From Octopus sinensis (lineage: Eukaryota), in assembly GCF_006345805.1 (NCBI RefSeq), contig NC_043000.1, positions 108,872,001 to 108,936,000 on the forward strand: 64,000 nucleotides of DNA, written 5' to 3'. A program made the position numbers and the translations under genes. The notes below the pieces were generated by a model that was given only the letters and a program-made list of their open reading frames with translations, made no database searches and had not been told where the DNA came from. This document shows positions 62,690 through 64,000 of the stretch, piece after piece. The first letter of the stretch is position 1. Each line of letters opens with the position of its first letter.

Positions 62690-62850
62690 AGGGAATTGGT
62701 GAGGCAAGTTTATTACATCGAGTCCAGTACTTAAATGGTAGTTTATTGGATCGAATCTGACGACCTTGGCGGGATTTGAATGGCGAACGCAAGAAGACAG
62801 GAAAAAAATGACACTAAACACTTTGTTCGGTGCGGTAACCATTTTGTCAG
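62690..62850 (-). mobile_element. SINE family B, old copy
   Basis: ccagtacttaaatggtagtttattgga..gaccttggcgggatttgaatggcgaacg. Confidence 0.5.
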
Positions 62851-62912
62851 ATCGCCATTGTCGACAATACAATTATATCAATTTAAGCAGAAACATTTTG
62901 ATATGTTATTAT

Positions 62913-63087
62913 TTTACCTGTTTCAGTCGTTTGACTGCGGCCATGCTGGAGTACTGCCTTTAGTTGAGCAATTCGTTCCCAGGACTTATTTCTTGTAAGT
63001 CTAGTATTTATTCTATCGGTCTCTTTTGCCGAACCTCTAAGATACGGGGACGTAAACACACCAGCATCGGCTGTCAAGTGATGTTGA

Positions 63088-63119
<32 letters not shown>

Positions 63120-63163
63120 GTTTGTGTCGAGTTATATATATGTAACTCGACACAAACACACAA

Positions 63164-63208
<45 letters not shown>

Positions 63209-63609
63209 CGACAGGCTTCTTTAAGTTTCCTATTTCTTTATTGCCCACAAGGAGCTAAACATAGAGGGGACAAACAAGGACAGACAAAGAGATTAAGTCG
63301 ATTACATCGACCCCAGTGCGTAACTGGTACTTAATTTATCGACCCCGAAAGGATGAAAGGCAAAGTCGACTTCGGCGGAATTTGAACTCAGAACGTAAAG
63401 ACAGACGAAATACCACTAAGCATTTCGCCCGGCGTGCTAACGATTCTGCCAGACCGCCGCATTTAAGTTTCCGTCTACCAAGACCACCCACAAGGCTTTA
63501 GTCAGCCCGAGGCTATAGTAGAAGACACTTGTCCAAGGTGCTACAAAGTGGGACTGAACTCGGAACCATTTGCTTGGTAAGCAAGCTACTTACCACACAT
63601 CCACTCCTG
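62913..63609 (-). mobile_element. SINE family A interrupted by SINE B
   Basis: Tail at 62913, head ending ccactcctg at about 63609; body resumes after the insert. Confidence 0.85.
63231..63461 (-). mobile_element. SINE family B, full monomer with 11-bp TSD
   Basis: TTTAAGTTTCC at 63220-63230 and 63462-63472. Confidence 0.9.
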
Positions 63610-63819
63610 GTAATAAATAAGAAAGTGATCAGGTAAGAAAGATCCAATCAATGCAAAGCAAGAATTGTGAAAAGAGTTCCGTTGTAAAAGCTTCTCAGTG
63701 AAAGCACAATGGAATCCGGGTTTTATCCTACGTGAGAAGATATTTCGTAACAGCCATTGTCATTTGCTTGAAAGGACATTAACAGTAAAGAGGAAAATAC
63801 TTTTTAATACACACACACA

Positions 63820-63900
<81 letters not shown>

Positions 63901-64000
63901 ATGTATGTATATATACATACATATATGTGTATATGTGCATATATATATATATATATATAATATGTGTGTGTGTGTATGTGTATAGAAACATACGTATATA

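Overview
Eukaryotic, AT-rich, extremely repeat-dense DNA. The SINE types, microsatellite density and molluscan-type 5S sequence suggest an octopus or other coleoid cephalopod; this is inference, not a database match. There are no prokaryotic genes or CRISPR arrays, and most listed ORFs are translations of (TA)n, (AAT)n, (CA)n or (ATCT)n microsatellites. The window is mostly intron- or intergenic-like DNA built from: four copies of a CR1-group APE/RT LINE; five R4/Dong-type restriction-like-endonuclease LINE fragments, several abutting (AAT)n; two Penelope-like elements (RT + GIY-YIG) plus a fragment; an RTE fragment; three mariner and two Tc1 relics; and at least four tRNA-derived SINE families, called A, B, C and V-like here. 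One convincing host exon (transmembrane + cytoplasmic tail, 56720-57045, +) is present. Most notable observations: (1) a near-complete 5S rRNA sits directly at the 5' end of a near-full-length LINE, and the two lie together inside one minisatellite; (2) a minimal hammerhead ribozyme with a compensatory U3-A8 core and palindromic helix III ends the Penelope element, with two decayed relatives elsewhere; (3) SINE A and the LINE share a 3' tail with a covarying hairpin; (4) one LINE copy has twin-priming-like inverted architecture; (5) there are several long palindromes or fold-backs; (6) the Tc1 has DD36E spacing, and a small MITE has an 8-bp TSD. No element is fully intact. Boundaries were read by eye and are approximate (a few to tens of bp) unless a TSD or TIR is quoted.
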